Shown here piece by piece: positions 19,547 to 28,549 of a stretch of 64,000 nt of DNA. Under the pieces are notes generated by a model. That model was not told the origin of the DNA and searched no databases. It saw only the letters and a program-made list of their open reading frames with translations. The position numbers and the translations under genes were made by a program. Origin of the DNA: Pseudomonas phage PhiPA3. The stretch lies in sequence record HQ630627.1. The stretch is one strand, 5' to 3'. Numbering within the stretch: position 1 is the stretch's first letter; each line of letters starts with the position of its first letter.

Positions 19547-19801
19547 ATGCATGGCAAAAGTAATGATCTGTTCAGTGGTATCTTCGCTAACTTCTTCAAT
19601 ATCGATAAACCCAAGGTAGATACCTGGGTGATTGAGGTTGCTGGGCAACGCTCCACCATTCTCCCAGGTGAGTATCACTCTGAACGAAATGCACGTTTGG
19701 CGTGTGAAATCATCAACATGACCCCAACAACCGAACTGGTGGAAATCTTTGGTCATGGTTCGTGCCGACTGAACCCAGTCAAAACCCAAACCAAAGCTTA
19801 A
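19547..19801 (+). CDS. hypothetical early protein (84 aa)
   Basis: ATG 19547 with 'AAGGAAGAAAGAAT' RBS. The track's longer start lies inside the upstream gene. Confidence 0.45.
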   Translation: MHGKSNDLFSGIFANFFNIDKPKVDTWVIEVAGQRSTILPGEYHSERNARLACEIINMTPTTELVEIFGHGSCRLNPVKTQTKA

Positions 19802-19838
19802 TCACCAAACTAATTCAATTTAGAAAAAGGAAATTATC

Positions 19839-20234
19839 ATGTCTCAAGTAGCTCGTATGGCCACCGCTCTGCATCAACTCAACATCGCCATGTCTCAGGT
19901 TCAGGAGGCTGCCAAGCAACTGATGAAGGAAGGTGATCCGCGCACCGTGGAAAAGTTCGCGGATGAATACAGCGGCCTGACCTTCCGTGAAGCCCACATC
20001 TACCTCTTGGACTCCGGCACCAAAGTGGCCTACACCATCGAACAACTGAAAGAAGTGCTGTACCTGCAAGACCTGGAATCCATCCACCCGGATCGTAAGG
20101 GGTGGCGGGAAGCCGCCAAGGCTGCATCGCACACCATCCTCGCCATCAAGGAGCTGCGCACTCAGTTCCCTGAGCTAGATGTCCGTTCGGCGAAGCTGAT
20201 CGTCGAAGCCTATCGTGAGGGTCTGTTTGAATAA
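19839..20234 (+). CDS. hypothetical protein (131 aa), GC-rich gene with host-like codon bias
   Basis: ORF. Conspicuous CTG/GCC/ACC/ATC codon preference, and many antisense shadow ORFs typical of high GC. Confidence 0.55.
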   Translation: MSQVARMATALHQLNIAMSQVQEAAKQLMKEGDPRTVEKFADEYSGLTFREAHIYLLDSGTKVAYTIEQLKEVLYLQDLESIHPDRKGWREAAKAASHTILAIKELRTQFPELDVRSAKLIVEAYREGLFE

Positions 20235-20250
20235 CAGCACCAACTGACGG

Positions 20251-20283
20251 CATAACGCCCCTCCTTCGGGAGGGGCTTATGTC
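20251..20283 (+). terminator. module CATAAC-[GCCCCTCC-TTCG-GGAGGGGC]-TTATGTC
   Basis: After the GC-rich 131-aa gene. Followed by an early promoter element. Confidence 0.6.
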
Positions 20284-20304
20284 TACTAAATTTTTTTTCA
20301 CATC

Positions 20305-20312
20305 TATATTAC
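20305..20312 (+). promoter_or_regulatory. phiKZ-type early promoter-like element TATATTAC
   Basis: Exact 'CTATATTAC' right after terminator 20257-20276. Precedes the 46-aa TM ORF and the 142-aa ORF. Confidence 0.4.
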
Positions 20313-20357
20313 CTATCTGAGCAATATCCCGCTGGCTCAAGCATGAGGTAAATAAAA

Positions 20358-20498
20358 ATGGGTTGGAAAAGTTATGTTGCCCTGTCATTGGGCGTGGTAC
20401 TGGGCGCCGTGATCTTCGTTGCAATCAGTGAAGATGGTTTACCCGAGCGAATCGAAAACATCGAAGAGGCTGATGCCAGTCCGATCAATATTGAGTGA
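20358..20498 (+). CDS. very small membrane protein (46 aa; below ORF-track cutoff)
   Basis: ATG 20358 about 45 nt after the early-promoter-like element. TM 'VALSLGVVLGAVIFVAI' plus acidic tail. Confidence 0.3.
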   Translation: MGWKSYVALSLGVVLGAVIFVAISEDGLPERIENIEEADASPINIE

Positions 20499-20504
20499 TC
20501 GGTT

Positions 20505-20933
20505 ATGTACAAGAAACTCACCGCACTTAAACGACACTACAGACGAGAGCGTATTCTCGACCTGTTCCTAGATCCGGAAATTAAGGAGAAGCTCGCACAC
20601 ACTCCAATGTTCTGGAGAGGCGAAGAGATCACGTTCTATTGGAACGGATCTGAGCTGCGGTATTATCATCTCGATCGAAATGGGGATTGGCGAGTCCTCA
20701 TTGCAGATGAAGGCTTTCTACACAGCATCAAGATACTTCAGTATGATTTTTGTAAGATCACAGGAATCCCCTATAAGGGACCTGAGATCGATAAGAGCGT
20801 ATCAGTTGATGTAATGCCAGTAAGGACAAGGAATCAATGTAAGGAGGAAGCTGAAGCTCTATTTGGAATGTTTGGTGTTGGTTCACTGTTAGCTCTAACG
20901 AGTTTATATATCTACAAAGCTTGGAAGAGATAA
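20505..20933 (+). CDS. hypothetical protein with C-terminal TM (142 aa)
   Basis: ORF track. C-terminal 'GVGSLLALTSLYIY'. Confidence 0.5.
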   Translation: MYKKLTALKRHYRRERILDLFLDPEIKEKLAHTPMFWRGEEITFYWNGSELRYYHLDRNGDWRVLIADEGFLHSIKILQYDFCKITGIPYKGPEIDKSVSVDVMPVRTRNQCKEEAEALFGMFGVGSLLALTSLYIYKAWKR

Positions 20934-21039
20934 TGTACTCGGGTGTTTATGATTTGTAGCTAGGACTAAAGAATTCGGAGGGAGGCTTTTTATATTCTTT
21001 TATCCTACAGTTCTTTTCTATAAACACCAAGGTATAAAC

Positions 21040-21498
21040 ATGAGCAGCATCATTCGATACAACATCAAGACTGCGAATAAACCGATTCTTGATGTTCTAC
21101 ATCTGTATCTGGGTATTCGTGAAAGAGTCGATGAAGTCAACAAGACTGTAATCGACGGAACTACTGTAGAACTGAACCTAGTCCTGGTAGTAAACCATCG
21201 CTATATCCGAGACTATGATGAGATTGCCGATACATTGGCAAATCTATCAAAAGGAACTCCGTATGAACTCTACATACTGAGTAATCGATTCCTGTTCAGT
21301 TGGATGACTGATAACTTCAATGACCTGGGTGGTTTACAAGAACGTTATCAGACTGTTTTGGAAAGTGATGTCTATGGTACCGTATACGACACCACCAGAG
21401 CACGATACACGAAAACACCGGAATGGCGATCCCCACATTTAGGATGGGCTGAGACCTTTAATCGGGGTTTCAATAGTTTGGTGAGTGTATTTGGATAA
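21040..21498 (+). CDS. hypothetical protein (152 aa)
   Basis: ORF track. Bidirectional hairpin 21509-21530 follows. Confidence 0.5.
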   Translation: MSSIIRYNIKTANKPILDVLHLYLGIRERVDEVNKTVIDGTTVELNLVLVVNHRYIRDYDEIADTLANLSKGTPYELYILSNRFLFSWMTDNFNDLGGLQERYQTVLESDVYGTVYDTTRARYTKTPEWRSPHLGWAETFNRGFNSLVSVFG

Positions 21499-21501
21499 GT
21501 C

Positions 21502-21539
21502 GGCATAAGCCCCACCCGAAAAGGTGGGGCAATATGTCG
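21502..21539. terminator. bidirectional module GGCATAA-[GCCCCACC-CGAAAA-GGTGGGGC]-AATATGTCG
   Basis: Between convergent genes. Confidence 0.6.
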
Positions 21540-22058
21540 TTAGAAACCAAGAAGTGCTTCTTCTTCTTTGCGTGCCTTTTCACGAATAGCTTCCATGCGT
21601 TCAGTGAATTCTTCCGAAGTCTCAGCGATCACACCGATTTCGTCTTCACCTTCAGCATGGGTAAATTCGCCCAGATCTTCTTGATCGATTTGTGGTTCCA
21701 TACCACGACCATCACCTTCAGTGGCGACGAATGGGTTCTTGTTCTTTGCATTTTGAATAAATGCAGCCATACCAGCCAATAGGTCTGCCGAAGTACGGTT
21801 GGCTTCCTGATCGACACTGATACGCTTGTTAGCGATCGCTGTACGATCCATGGAGTCCATGACCTTAAGCATGGTATCAACAGATTCTTTATCTGTAGGG
21901 ATGGTTCCTACTGGATTGGAGAACGCCAGCTGATGCAGAATGCGTTGTTTGGTATTCTGAGTATACTGGATCTGTTCTTCATAGGTCATGTCCGAGTATT
22001 GCCGTTCAGGCTCTACTGGTACAAATACGTGGGGCTTCTCAGCGGGATACTGTTCCAT
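21540..22058 (-). CDS. hypothetical acidic protein (about 172 aa), lone minus-strand gene inside a plus-strand early block
   Basis: Start 22058 (MEQYPAEK...) has SD 'GAGAGGTG'. Convergent with 21040..21498 on a shared hairpin. Very acidic C-terminus. Confidence 0.4.
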   Translation of the reverse strand: MEQYPAEKPHVFVPVEPERQYSDMTYEEQIQYTQNTKQRILHQLAFSNPVGTIPTDKESVDTMLKVMDSMDRTAIANKRISVDQEANRTSADLLAGMAAFIQNAKNKNPFVATEGDGRGMEPQIDQEDLGEFTHAEGEDEIGVIAETSEEFTERMEAIREKARKEEEALLGF

Positions 22059-22117
22059 GGGACACCTCTCGTTGGTAAAAATACCCAACGGAATAACTAT
22101 ATGCCATAAAATGCGGA

Positions 22118-22675
22118 TTGGAGTTCTATACAATGATTACAAGGCTACGCCAATGGTGGCGCGGACTATCGGCAACACCCAAACAAAAGTATACCCGCTG
22201 GCTGGAAGAGATCAATGAAATCCCTACGTTATCAGAGGAACTCCCCGACGCATTAGTTGAGCTCTGGCGGCGAATCGACGTTGATGCAATCAGTCGTCAA
22301 AACCCCCGAGTGATGATGTCAGCCTTCTTCGAGCTGCGTCATGCCAATATCCAGGAATTGATCCAAACCCTACATCAGGTCAATGACCACGTTGCATCGG
22401 GATCAGCTTCTAAGATTGAATACCTATCGAAGAACGATTTCATTAAGCATCGCGAAATGTCCTTGGATAATTATTTCGTGGATGCTGAAAATTACGCTGT
22501 CGATATTAAAGAACATCTATCCCAACTTAAAGACTTGCTGATTACCCATGGTCAGATTCTGGAAATTAAGGAGGAGAGTTTTTATCGTCGCATGTTAGGT
22601 CGCTTATACTTCGATGTACTAGCACTGACAGAAACACTCGTTAAACATATGCAAGAGGGCACCGATATGAAGTAA
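22118..22675 (+). CDS. hypothetical protein (185 aa)
   Basis: ORF track. Confidence 0.5.
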   Translation: MEFYTMITRLRQWWRGLSATPKQKYTRWLEEINEIPTLSEELPDALVELWRRIDVDAISRQNPRVMMSAFFELRHANIQELIQTLHQVNDHVASGSASKIEYLSKNDFIKHREMSLDNYFVDAENYAVDIKEHLSQLKDLLITHGQILEIKEESFYRRMLGRLYFDVLALTETLVKHMQEGTDMK

Positions 22676-22727
22676 CTGGGAATACGATCACGAAACCTTT
22701 AGTTCAATTCACCGTAGGTGTAAAGCA

Positions 22728-23483
22728 ATGGATTCTATCAAGGACCTTTTGGCTGATCCTCTTAAGGGTACCAAACAGGCTCAGGGCGTTCTGTGTTATT
22801 TGTTTCGTGAAGTGTTGTTATGGCGTAAGATTAATTGGTTTACCTGGAATCGTCGTCAGAAAGCATACTTCGAGAAACCTCACAACGCAGTCAATCCCGA
22901 TAAAGGGAATCTGAATAAAGCGTTGAAGGCTGATGACATGAACTGGCCAGGCTTCAAGAAAGGGATCGACTTCCTTAACCCGGAATCCGCTACCCTGGAA
23001 GTGAAGCTGAACTGGACCCATAAGGAAAGTACGAGCTATGTGATTGTCATCGACCCCACGGAAGATGAGAAAAATCCCACAGTCAATAATTTCCCATGGC
23101 AGGACTGCCCGATCTTCAAAAGTGCTAAACCCGCTGAAACATTGATGTCTCATCTTTTTCGTCACATTGTGGCGGAGGAAGGGAAAGGTGAACCCGACAT
23201 CATGGTCTGGTGGGAGAAGAAGTTCGATGACTACATTAAGAACCCAGTTAATGTAGTTGGCCTGAACCAAAAGGAAATCAACCAAAACATCGCAGCATTG
23301 CGACGTTCGTTGATGGAAGCTCGCATGTCATGGAACGTGTTCCGCCGTGGATTGCATTTGTTGCGGCCTCGCTCGGAGGAATACATTCTGACGCTCCACT
23401 GGACGACAGACCCGGAAATGAAGAAAACATTACCGGACTCGATTCACCCAATCAAGATCGCCGACCCGTACTTTGTGGAATAA
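22728..23483 (+). CDS. hypothetical protein (251 aa)
   Basis: ORF track. Antisense ORF 22818..23285 judged a shadow. Confidence 0.55.
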   Translation: MDSIKDLLADPLKGTKQAQGVLCYLFREVLLWRKINWFTWNRRQKAYFEKPHNAVNPDKGNLNKALKADDMNWPGFKKGIDFLNPESATLEVKLNWTHKESTSYVIVIDPTEDEKNPTVNNFPWQDCPIFKSAKPAETLMSHLFRHIVAEEGKGEPDIMVWWEKKFDDYIKNPVNVVGLNQKEINQNIAALRRSLMEARMSWNVFRRGLHLLRPRSEEYILTLHWTTDPEMKKTLPDSIHPIKIADPYFVE

Positions 23484-23487
23484 CTCG

Positions 23488-23865
23488 ATGGATAACACAA
23501 TCGACCTCAGCTCCCCTCAATGCCCAGAAGTATTGCAGTTTCATGGAAGCCACCTGAAATGGACTGCGACAGGTAAGGCATTTTACAGCTGGAATGGATT
23601 GCGACTTTACCTGATCACCGGTAAACAACATCCTAAATACCTCGATGGTATCGGACTGGAAGAAGCTGGTGTTGAGAATAAATACGAGTTTGTCGAATCG
23701 CTGTACCAACAGCTGGAAGATGCACTACGTATTAACATCGCGAAGTTTCCTCTGCTGCGCTTGAAGTTGAACAAGCGTACGCGAATCATCTGGACGGCTT
23801 ACGGTATTACTCCGGCTGAAGAGGAATGGGTGAAAATTGTTCAACGCGTAGTGGCGAGCATGTAG
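23488..23865 (+). CDS. hypothetical protein (about 125 aa)
   Basis: ATG 23488 just after the upstream stop (MDNTIDLSSPQ...). Terminator 23879-23907 follows. Confidence 0.45.
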   Translation: MDNTIDLSSPQCPEVLQFHGSHLKWTATGKAFYSWNGLRLYLITGKQHPKYLDGIGLEEAGVENKYEFVESLYQQLEDALRINIAKFPLLRLKLNKRTRIIWTAYGITPAEEEWVKIVQRVVASM

Positions 23866-23878
23866 TTGAAGGACATGG

Positions 23879-23907
23879 GGCGTCTCCGAAAGGGGACGCC
23901 TTATGCC
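23879..23907 (+). terminator. hairpin (GGCGTCTCC-GAAA-GGGGACGCC) plus TTATGCC
   Basis: After the 125-aa gene. Confidence 0.5.
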
Positions 23908-23952
23908 TCCAATTGTATGACCTATTATTTTTTTGTCTGAACAGGTGTAACC

Positions 23953-25125
23953 ATGCCTACTCTCGCATCAGCTTCCTTTACAGGTATACCAACAGATCCC
24001 GTCAAAACGGTGGATGCCTATAAAGACGTAGTGGACACAACCCTACAGAACACGCTTCAACCTAAAATCTCTGCCTTTGAAATTGGCATGGATGACCTGC
24101 TCGCCAAAACTACCAAAGTTGTAAAAGGTATTGGTAGTAGTTTGTTGGGTAGTGGAGGTATTGACCTCAACCAAGCTAAAGATCGAATCGTTGATGCCTT
24201 AAAAGGCTCCCGTTCGAGCATTGTGTATTTGGGAGAAGCCCTAGAACGTTCGATTAACGAAGAACTCACTGGAACCGATACAGGTACAGGTTACGTCCGC
24301 AAGGCTACGGATATGCTCGATGGCGTAAAAGCCATCATGCAGAACAAAGAGTACTACTTCGAAAATGGAAACTTCCAAGGTGTCAACGGCATCATGGGAT
24401 TCTTGGGAGATCTGACCAATAACTCCATTCTTCGTGCAGTTGACTTGGGTGCCAATGCTGCCATTCTGAAAGGAGTGTTATCCCAGGTATCAGCCTGGGG
24501 GATTCCTGATCTGGTTGATACCACATTCGGGGCATCGTGGAATGACCAGTACAAGCGCTATGATTACCAGTATGACGATAATTTCCGATTCACTGTAGCC
24601 AAGCGTACATCTAAAGATCTCTCGCCGGGCACTGATCTGCTCACCATTGATCGCATCATGGTACATGGTGGAGATATGGCCCTGGTTGCTGAGAACCCAG
24701 ACTTCCCTATCCAACTGCTGAGTTCATACGTGTTCCCAGCTGGTACTGTACCCGGTGGTCCATTCCCAGTAATGATCCCAGATCCAGCTAATCCAAGCGG
24801 CCCTATGATCCCTGACCCGGAAGGTACACAGACCGTACCCAATTACGCGAATGAACTCGCATTGTTGTTGGAGATCATGGATCGCTTGAAACCAGACTGG
24901 TTCTATTACTTGCGTCGAGTATTTATTGATCGGAATGGCGATGGCGATTATTACCGTGATGATAAGGTTTGGAATCTTCGGGTTATTGCTCAAGCTTCTC
25001 AAGATGCAACAACATTACTGTTAACCAGTGATGAGCACCGTGATGCTGTTCTGACTGCTCCGTTTTATAAGGTGGAGAGTGCCACAGCTGAACTCAAAGC
25101 GATGTATCCCTACTTTGCTGAATGA
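23953..25125 (+). CDS. hypothetical protein (390 aa)
   Basis: ORF track. Hairpin 25138-25155 follows. Confidence 0.6.
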   Translation: MPTLASASFTGIPTDPVKTVDAYKDVVDTTLQNTLQPKISAFEIGMDDLLAKTTKVVKGIGSSLLGSGGIDLNQAKDRIVDALKGSRSSIVYLGEALERSINEELTGTDTGTGYVRKATDMLDGVKAIMQNKEYYFENGNFQGVNGIMGFLGDLTNNSILRAVDLGANAAILKGVLSQVSAWGIPDLVDTTFGASWNDQYKRYDYQYDDNFRFTVAKRTSKDLSPGTDLLTIDRIMVHGGDMALVAENPDFPIQLLSSYVFPAGTVPGGPFPVMIPDPANPSGPMIPDPEGTQTVPNYANELALLLEIMDRLKPDWFYYLRRVFIDRNGDGDYYRDDKVWNLRVIAQASQDATTLLLTSDEHRDAVLTAPFYKVESATAELKAMYPYFAE

Positions 25126-25130
25126 CAACA

Positions 25131-25164
25131 TAAACGCCTCCCTTCGGGGAGGCTTTATATTTGA
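25131..25164 (+). terminator. hairpin (GCCTCCC-TTCG-GGGAGGC) plus TTTATATTT
   Basis: After the 390-aa gene. Downstream 'CCTATATCAC' resembles an early element. Confidence 0.5.
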
Positions 25165-25219
25165 ATGCATCTAAACCCTATATCACTAACATGAATCCAA
25201 TAACCAAGAGGAAAATACA

Positions 25220-25480
25220 ATGACTGAACGTTTGAAATCGGTATGGGTTGCTTGCTCCCTGTTGCGGACACGGTGGCCCACTATCCAAGATCTTCCGGTC
25301 GGTGAAGACTATCATGTCATCGTTAAAAATGACTCACTGATGGTCTTCAAAGGTCAGACTCCTGTCGGTTCTATGCATAGAACTGATAGCGAGCCACGTA
25401 TCTTCGAGGGGCATACTCTTGAAGAATTTACCAAGGTCGTTCTGGACTTGGAATACGATACCCATGAGGGTCATCGTTAA
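25220..25480 (+). CDS. hypothetical protein (86 aa)
   Basis: ORF track. Hairpin 25489-25516 follows. Confidence 0.45.
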   Translation: MTERLKSVWVACSLLRTRWPTIQDLPVGEDYHVIVKNDSLMVFKGQTPVGSMHRTDSEPRIFEGHTLEEFTKVVLDLEYDTHEGHR

Positions 25481-25488
25481 TGCGATAT

Positions 25489-25521
25489 AAAACCCTCCCC
25501 GCCAAGGGAGGGTTTTATGCC
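25489..25521 (+). terminator. hairpin (AAAACCCTCCC-CGCCAA-GGGAGGGTTTT) plus ATGCC
   Basis: Stem extended by A:U pairs. Confidence 0.5.
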
Positions 25522-25609
25522 GTTCAGAGTGTTAACGCAAACTGAATGGAGTGGTAACCGCGGTCCCGCTCTCGCAAAAGTACCGTAGACAAAACTAAAA
25601 GGGCCACCC

Positions 25610-25921
25610 ATGAAATGGTCTTTTATCAACGAGCCATTCCGGCGCCTTTTACGGGTGCGGGACGTGGTTTGTAACCGAGATTATTATCTTACTACTGAAG
25701 GTTGGACGCCGGATGAAGTGGATAATACTCTCGCATATAATACGGTAGCAGAGTATAATAAAGCTCTGGCCCGTGCTAAAATGGATGTATTAAACGGTTT
25801 GTTCAGCAACAACGTGTTGTTGGACGGTCTTGATGTAACCCAGGAAGTCATCGACGGTAACGTTAAGCTTGTCAGGTGGCCTCCAAGTTGTGAACTACAT
25901 CACGTGCAGCTAGCTGCCTAA
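25610..25921 (+). CDS. hypothetical protein (103 aa)
   Basis: ORF track. Bidirectional hairpin 25931-25952 follows. Confidence 0.45.
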   Translation: MKWSFINEPFRRLLRVRDVVCNRDYYLTTEGWTPDEVDNTLAYNTVAEYNKALARAKMDVLNGLFSNNVLLDGLDVTQEVIDGNVKLVRWPPSCELHHVQLAA

Positions 25922-25924
25922 GAA

Positions 25925-25975
25925 CATAAAGCCCTCTCCTTCGGGAGAGGGCGATTATGCTTTCTTTTTTTTTTA
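25925..25975. terminator. bidirectional module ACATAAA-[GCCCTCTCC-TTCG-GGAGAGGGC]-GATTATGC plus T13 run
   Basis: Between 25610..25921 (+) and the minus-strand late operon. Confidence 0.6.
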
Positions 25976-26812
25976 TCGTTTCCGCATGTAGTGCGGAATA
26001 CGAGCTGGCTGTTTGCGCGTCCAACCGAGTTGTTCGATCAGTTCGCTTACATCCATATTCGCATCAGACTCCAGACCCAGTGATTTCTGTTTCATTGCCT
26101 GATCCTGCATACCCCAGAGAGTAGCAGGTGTAATGACAACTTCAGTTTCAGCAAAGCTTTCTAGTGCTGGTGACTTATACTTGTTAGCGATGTAAATACC
26201 GCCTTCACCCACAAAGTCCCATGTAGAAATCTCACGGGTGTATTTGATGCCACGCATCATGTCATCTTGAGTAATCGAACGTACCGAACAATAGGTGTTG
26301 ATACTCGGATTATCGAGCGACTCTTTGAAGATATGGCCGAATGGACCGTAAGGCTTGACTTCACCTACGACCATTTTGACCCGACGACCTTCCTCATTGA
26401 TGGTATCAACAATGGACAGTGCACGGATGTGCGCACAGACGCGATCGTCATCGATTTTGCGGATACGTTGCAGATATTCCCGATCAGACAGTTGTCGTTT
26501 AACAACACGACCTTCAACCAGGATTTCTTCCCAGGGTTCAGGATGCTTGAACTCCATGAACAGTACGCCCTTTTTCAGACGACGCATCAGCGGGCTGTCA
26601 GGGTTGAACATGGAGACACCACTGGCTTCGTCATAAAACATACCAGCAGAGTTATGGGTACCATAGGCACCGAGAACGACTGTGTAATAACCGTCCGCAC
26701 TTGGGGCAAGAATGCCCTTCTTGTCAGTACCGGCGAGCATCGTACAACCAATGCGGACTTGGTTGGCTACGTTGTTAGCGCGCTGCGGTTGCGTTCCGAA
26801 TTGCATTTGCAA
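25973..26812 (-). CDS. hypothetical virion-module protein (279 aa); possible prohead protease, by position only
   Basis: Last gene of a minus-strand late operon. Occupies the position phiKZ gp175 has relative to vRNAP and gp181. No catalytic motif verified. Confidence 0.55.
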   Translation of the reverse strand: MQMQFGTQPQRANNVANQVRIGCTMLAGTDKKGILAPSADGYYTVVLGAYGTHNSAGMFYDEASGVSMFNPDSPLMRRLKKGVLFMEFKHPEPWEEILVEGRVVKRQLSDREYLQRIRKIDDDRVCAHIRALSIVDTINEEGRRVKMVVGEVKPYGPFGHIFKESLDNPSINTYCSVRSITQDDMMRGIKYTREISTWDFVGEGGIYIANKYKSPALESFAETEVVITPATLWGMQDQAMKQKSLGLESDANMDVSELIEQLGWTRKQPARIPHYMRKR

Positions 26813-26817
26813 CCCCG

Positions 26818-27540
26818 TTAAGTTCTCAAGAGTTCTTCGATTACTTCGACAGACTCACTCGGATTCACCAGAGCAGAGTTGATACTGTCGCTAAAGTAAG
26901 CACCATTAAGTTTCGAGGTTGTATCCGAGGTGTTCCAAATTACCGAGCGGAAAGGCACAGTCACCGGAGGGACCTTACGTACGTCATCGTGGCTGGAAAG
27001 CCTGTGACGATACAACCTAGTCATATCATCCGGATCACGAGCGATAGTGGAGATAATCAGCTCTACGATCGAACGACCACCTAGGTTAACCCCAGCATGT
27101 AGATCAGCTGTCTCAAACATCTTAGCCATGTCGTAATAGTCCATATACCAAGGGATGTTTCCCTTAGAAATGAACTCATCGTACATGTAGTACGCCAAGG
27201 TATCGTTCACAACCAAAGCCGTGGAAAAGAACACCTTATCACCCGCCTCAAACGAGAACTCGTAATAGGGTTCACTCTCGATCACTACCCGTTCTGTAGA
27301 ACTGGGGAGGATCCGCATCATGGCAATGGTGTTCGATACTCCGTAGTATTCTTCATTGAAGATGATCGGGAAGAAACCTAAGATGAAGACCTCCGAACCT
27401 AACACGGCCAGATTCTTCGCTGTGAATCGCTCAGGGATCTGAATTTTACAGGCAGCATTGGTAACTACGCTACCATTCTCTAGTTCAGTGAGGTGCGTGA
27501 GAGCACGAGCAGCATCACGCTTAAGAGATCTTACGTTCAT
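26818..27540 (-). CDS. hypothetical protein (240 aa)
   Basis: ORF track, operon packing. Confidence 0.55.
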   Translation of the reverse strand: MNVRSLKRDAARALTHLTELENGSVVTNAACKIQIPERFTAKNLAVLGSEVFILGFFPIIFNEEYYGVSNTIAMMRILPSSTERVVIESEPYYEFSFEAGDKVFFSTALVVNDTLAYYMYDEFISKGNIPWYMDYYDMAKMFETADLHAGVNLGGRSIVELIISTIARDPDDMTRLYRHRLSSHDDVRKVPPVTVPFRSVIWNTSDTTSKLNGAYFSDSINSALVNPSESVEVIEELLRT

Positions 27541-27549
27541 AGGAAACCT

Positions 27550-28236
27550 TTAAATAGACGAACTCATCAACTTGCTCAAGTCTCTTAGCAAGTTCTTCTT
27601 AATGGTGTCGAAGCCTTCGTTACTCTGCATATCCAGCTCAGTGTCACTATCGATAGCGCCTTTGATCACAGCTATTACTGCACGACAAATCAAGTCAGCA
27701 TCAGTGTCATGCTCGACACTGTGACGCAATTTATGCCAGGTCTGTTGTAACTCTTCTACATATTTGTTAGTACTGAGCAGATTAGTGCGGTCATTCAAAA
27801 CGTCCACATAAACCCTAGCCGCAGATTTAAGACCATCTCGACTGAGAGTAGACAATTCCTGTGTTGGCCGAGCAGGTAGACCATGGAGTTTAAGCTCCAA
27901 GCCTTCGGCCTCTTCAACAGCGTTGGGATTATCTTGCTTGGCCTGTACAATTTTCTTCAGAGGTGCAGTACTAGCATCGAACTTTTTCAGGGTAGCAATG
28001 TTACCCTGGATCGACTTATTGAAACCCGCTATCAGGTTTTGGAGAGTGGACCCGATGTTGTCGGTTATGTAAGTTCCATACTTAAAACTTACCTTGCCTT
28101 TCTTTGGTTGGCGCTTCTTCAACCACTCGTCGTTGAGATAAGTATCTTTGAGGATTTTTATATCCTCTTTGGTACCTGTTAGTTTAGGTGCAGCACTGAA
28201 CAGTCCAAAGAGTTCGTTACTGAATGTGACTGTCAT
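27550..28236 (-). CDS. hypothetical protein (228 aa)
   Basis: ORF track, operon packing. Confidence 0.55.
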   Translation of the reverse strand: MTVTFSNELFGLFSAAPKLTGTKEDIKILKDTYLNDEWLKKRQPKKGKVSFKYGTYITDNIGSTLQNLIAGFNKSIQGNIATLKKFDASTAPLKKIVQAKQDNPNAVEEAEGLELKLHGLPARPTQELSTLSRDGLKSAARVYVDVLNDRTNLLSTNKYVEELQQTWHKLRHSVEHDTDADLICRAVIAVIKGAIDSDTELDMQSNEGFDTIKKNLLRDLSKLMSSSI

Positions 28237-28502
28237 AACTGCCCCAATTGGAATTTTAAAATAGAATGGAAAACATCGCTATCGCGACCATTGTGGTATG
28301 CTAAGCTACGGGTACGTTCTTCAGGGGTAAGGGTTCCATGAGGACCAGCACCCTGTTTGATTTCTGCGCAACGTACGAGCTTGGCAGAATAAGACAAAGT
28401 TGGATCTAAACCGAGGGCATCAAACACGGGATTGTGTTGAGTGTTCTCTTCCCCAGCCTTCTGCATCCATACATCAGAAGACTCACCCCGACGCTCTTCC
28501 AA
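28233..28502 (-). CDS. hypothetical protein (89 aa)
   Basis: ORF track. 4-nt overlap with the downstream gene. Confidence 0.4.
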   Translation of the reverse strand: MEERRGESSDVWMQKAGEENTQHNPVFDALGLDPTLSYSAKLVRCAEIKQGAGPHGTLTPEERTRSLAYHNGRDSDVFHSILKFQLGQL

Positions 28503-28549
28503 GCGCCGGAGTTTGTCTTCGATGTCGAATGTTTCAGTAGAAGACTGGC

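Noticed and set aside
26267-26821. 184-aa plus-strand ORF antisense to the 279-aa gene
   Set aside because: Shadow ORF. The minus operon is tightly packed, with 5-10 nt spacers.
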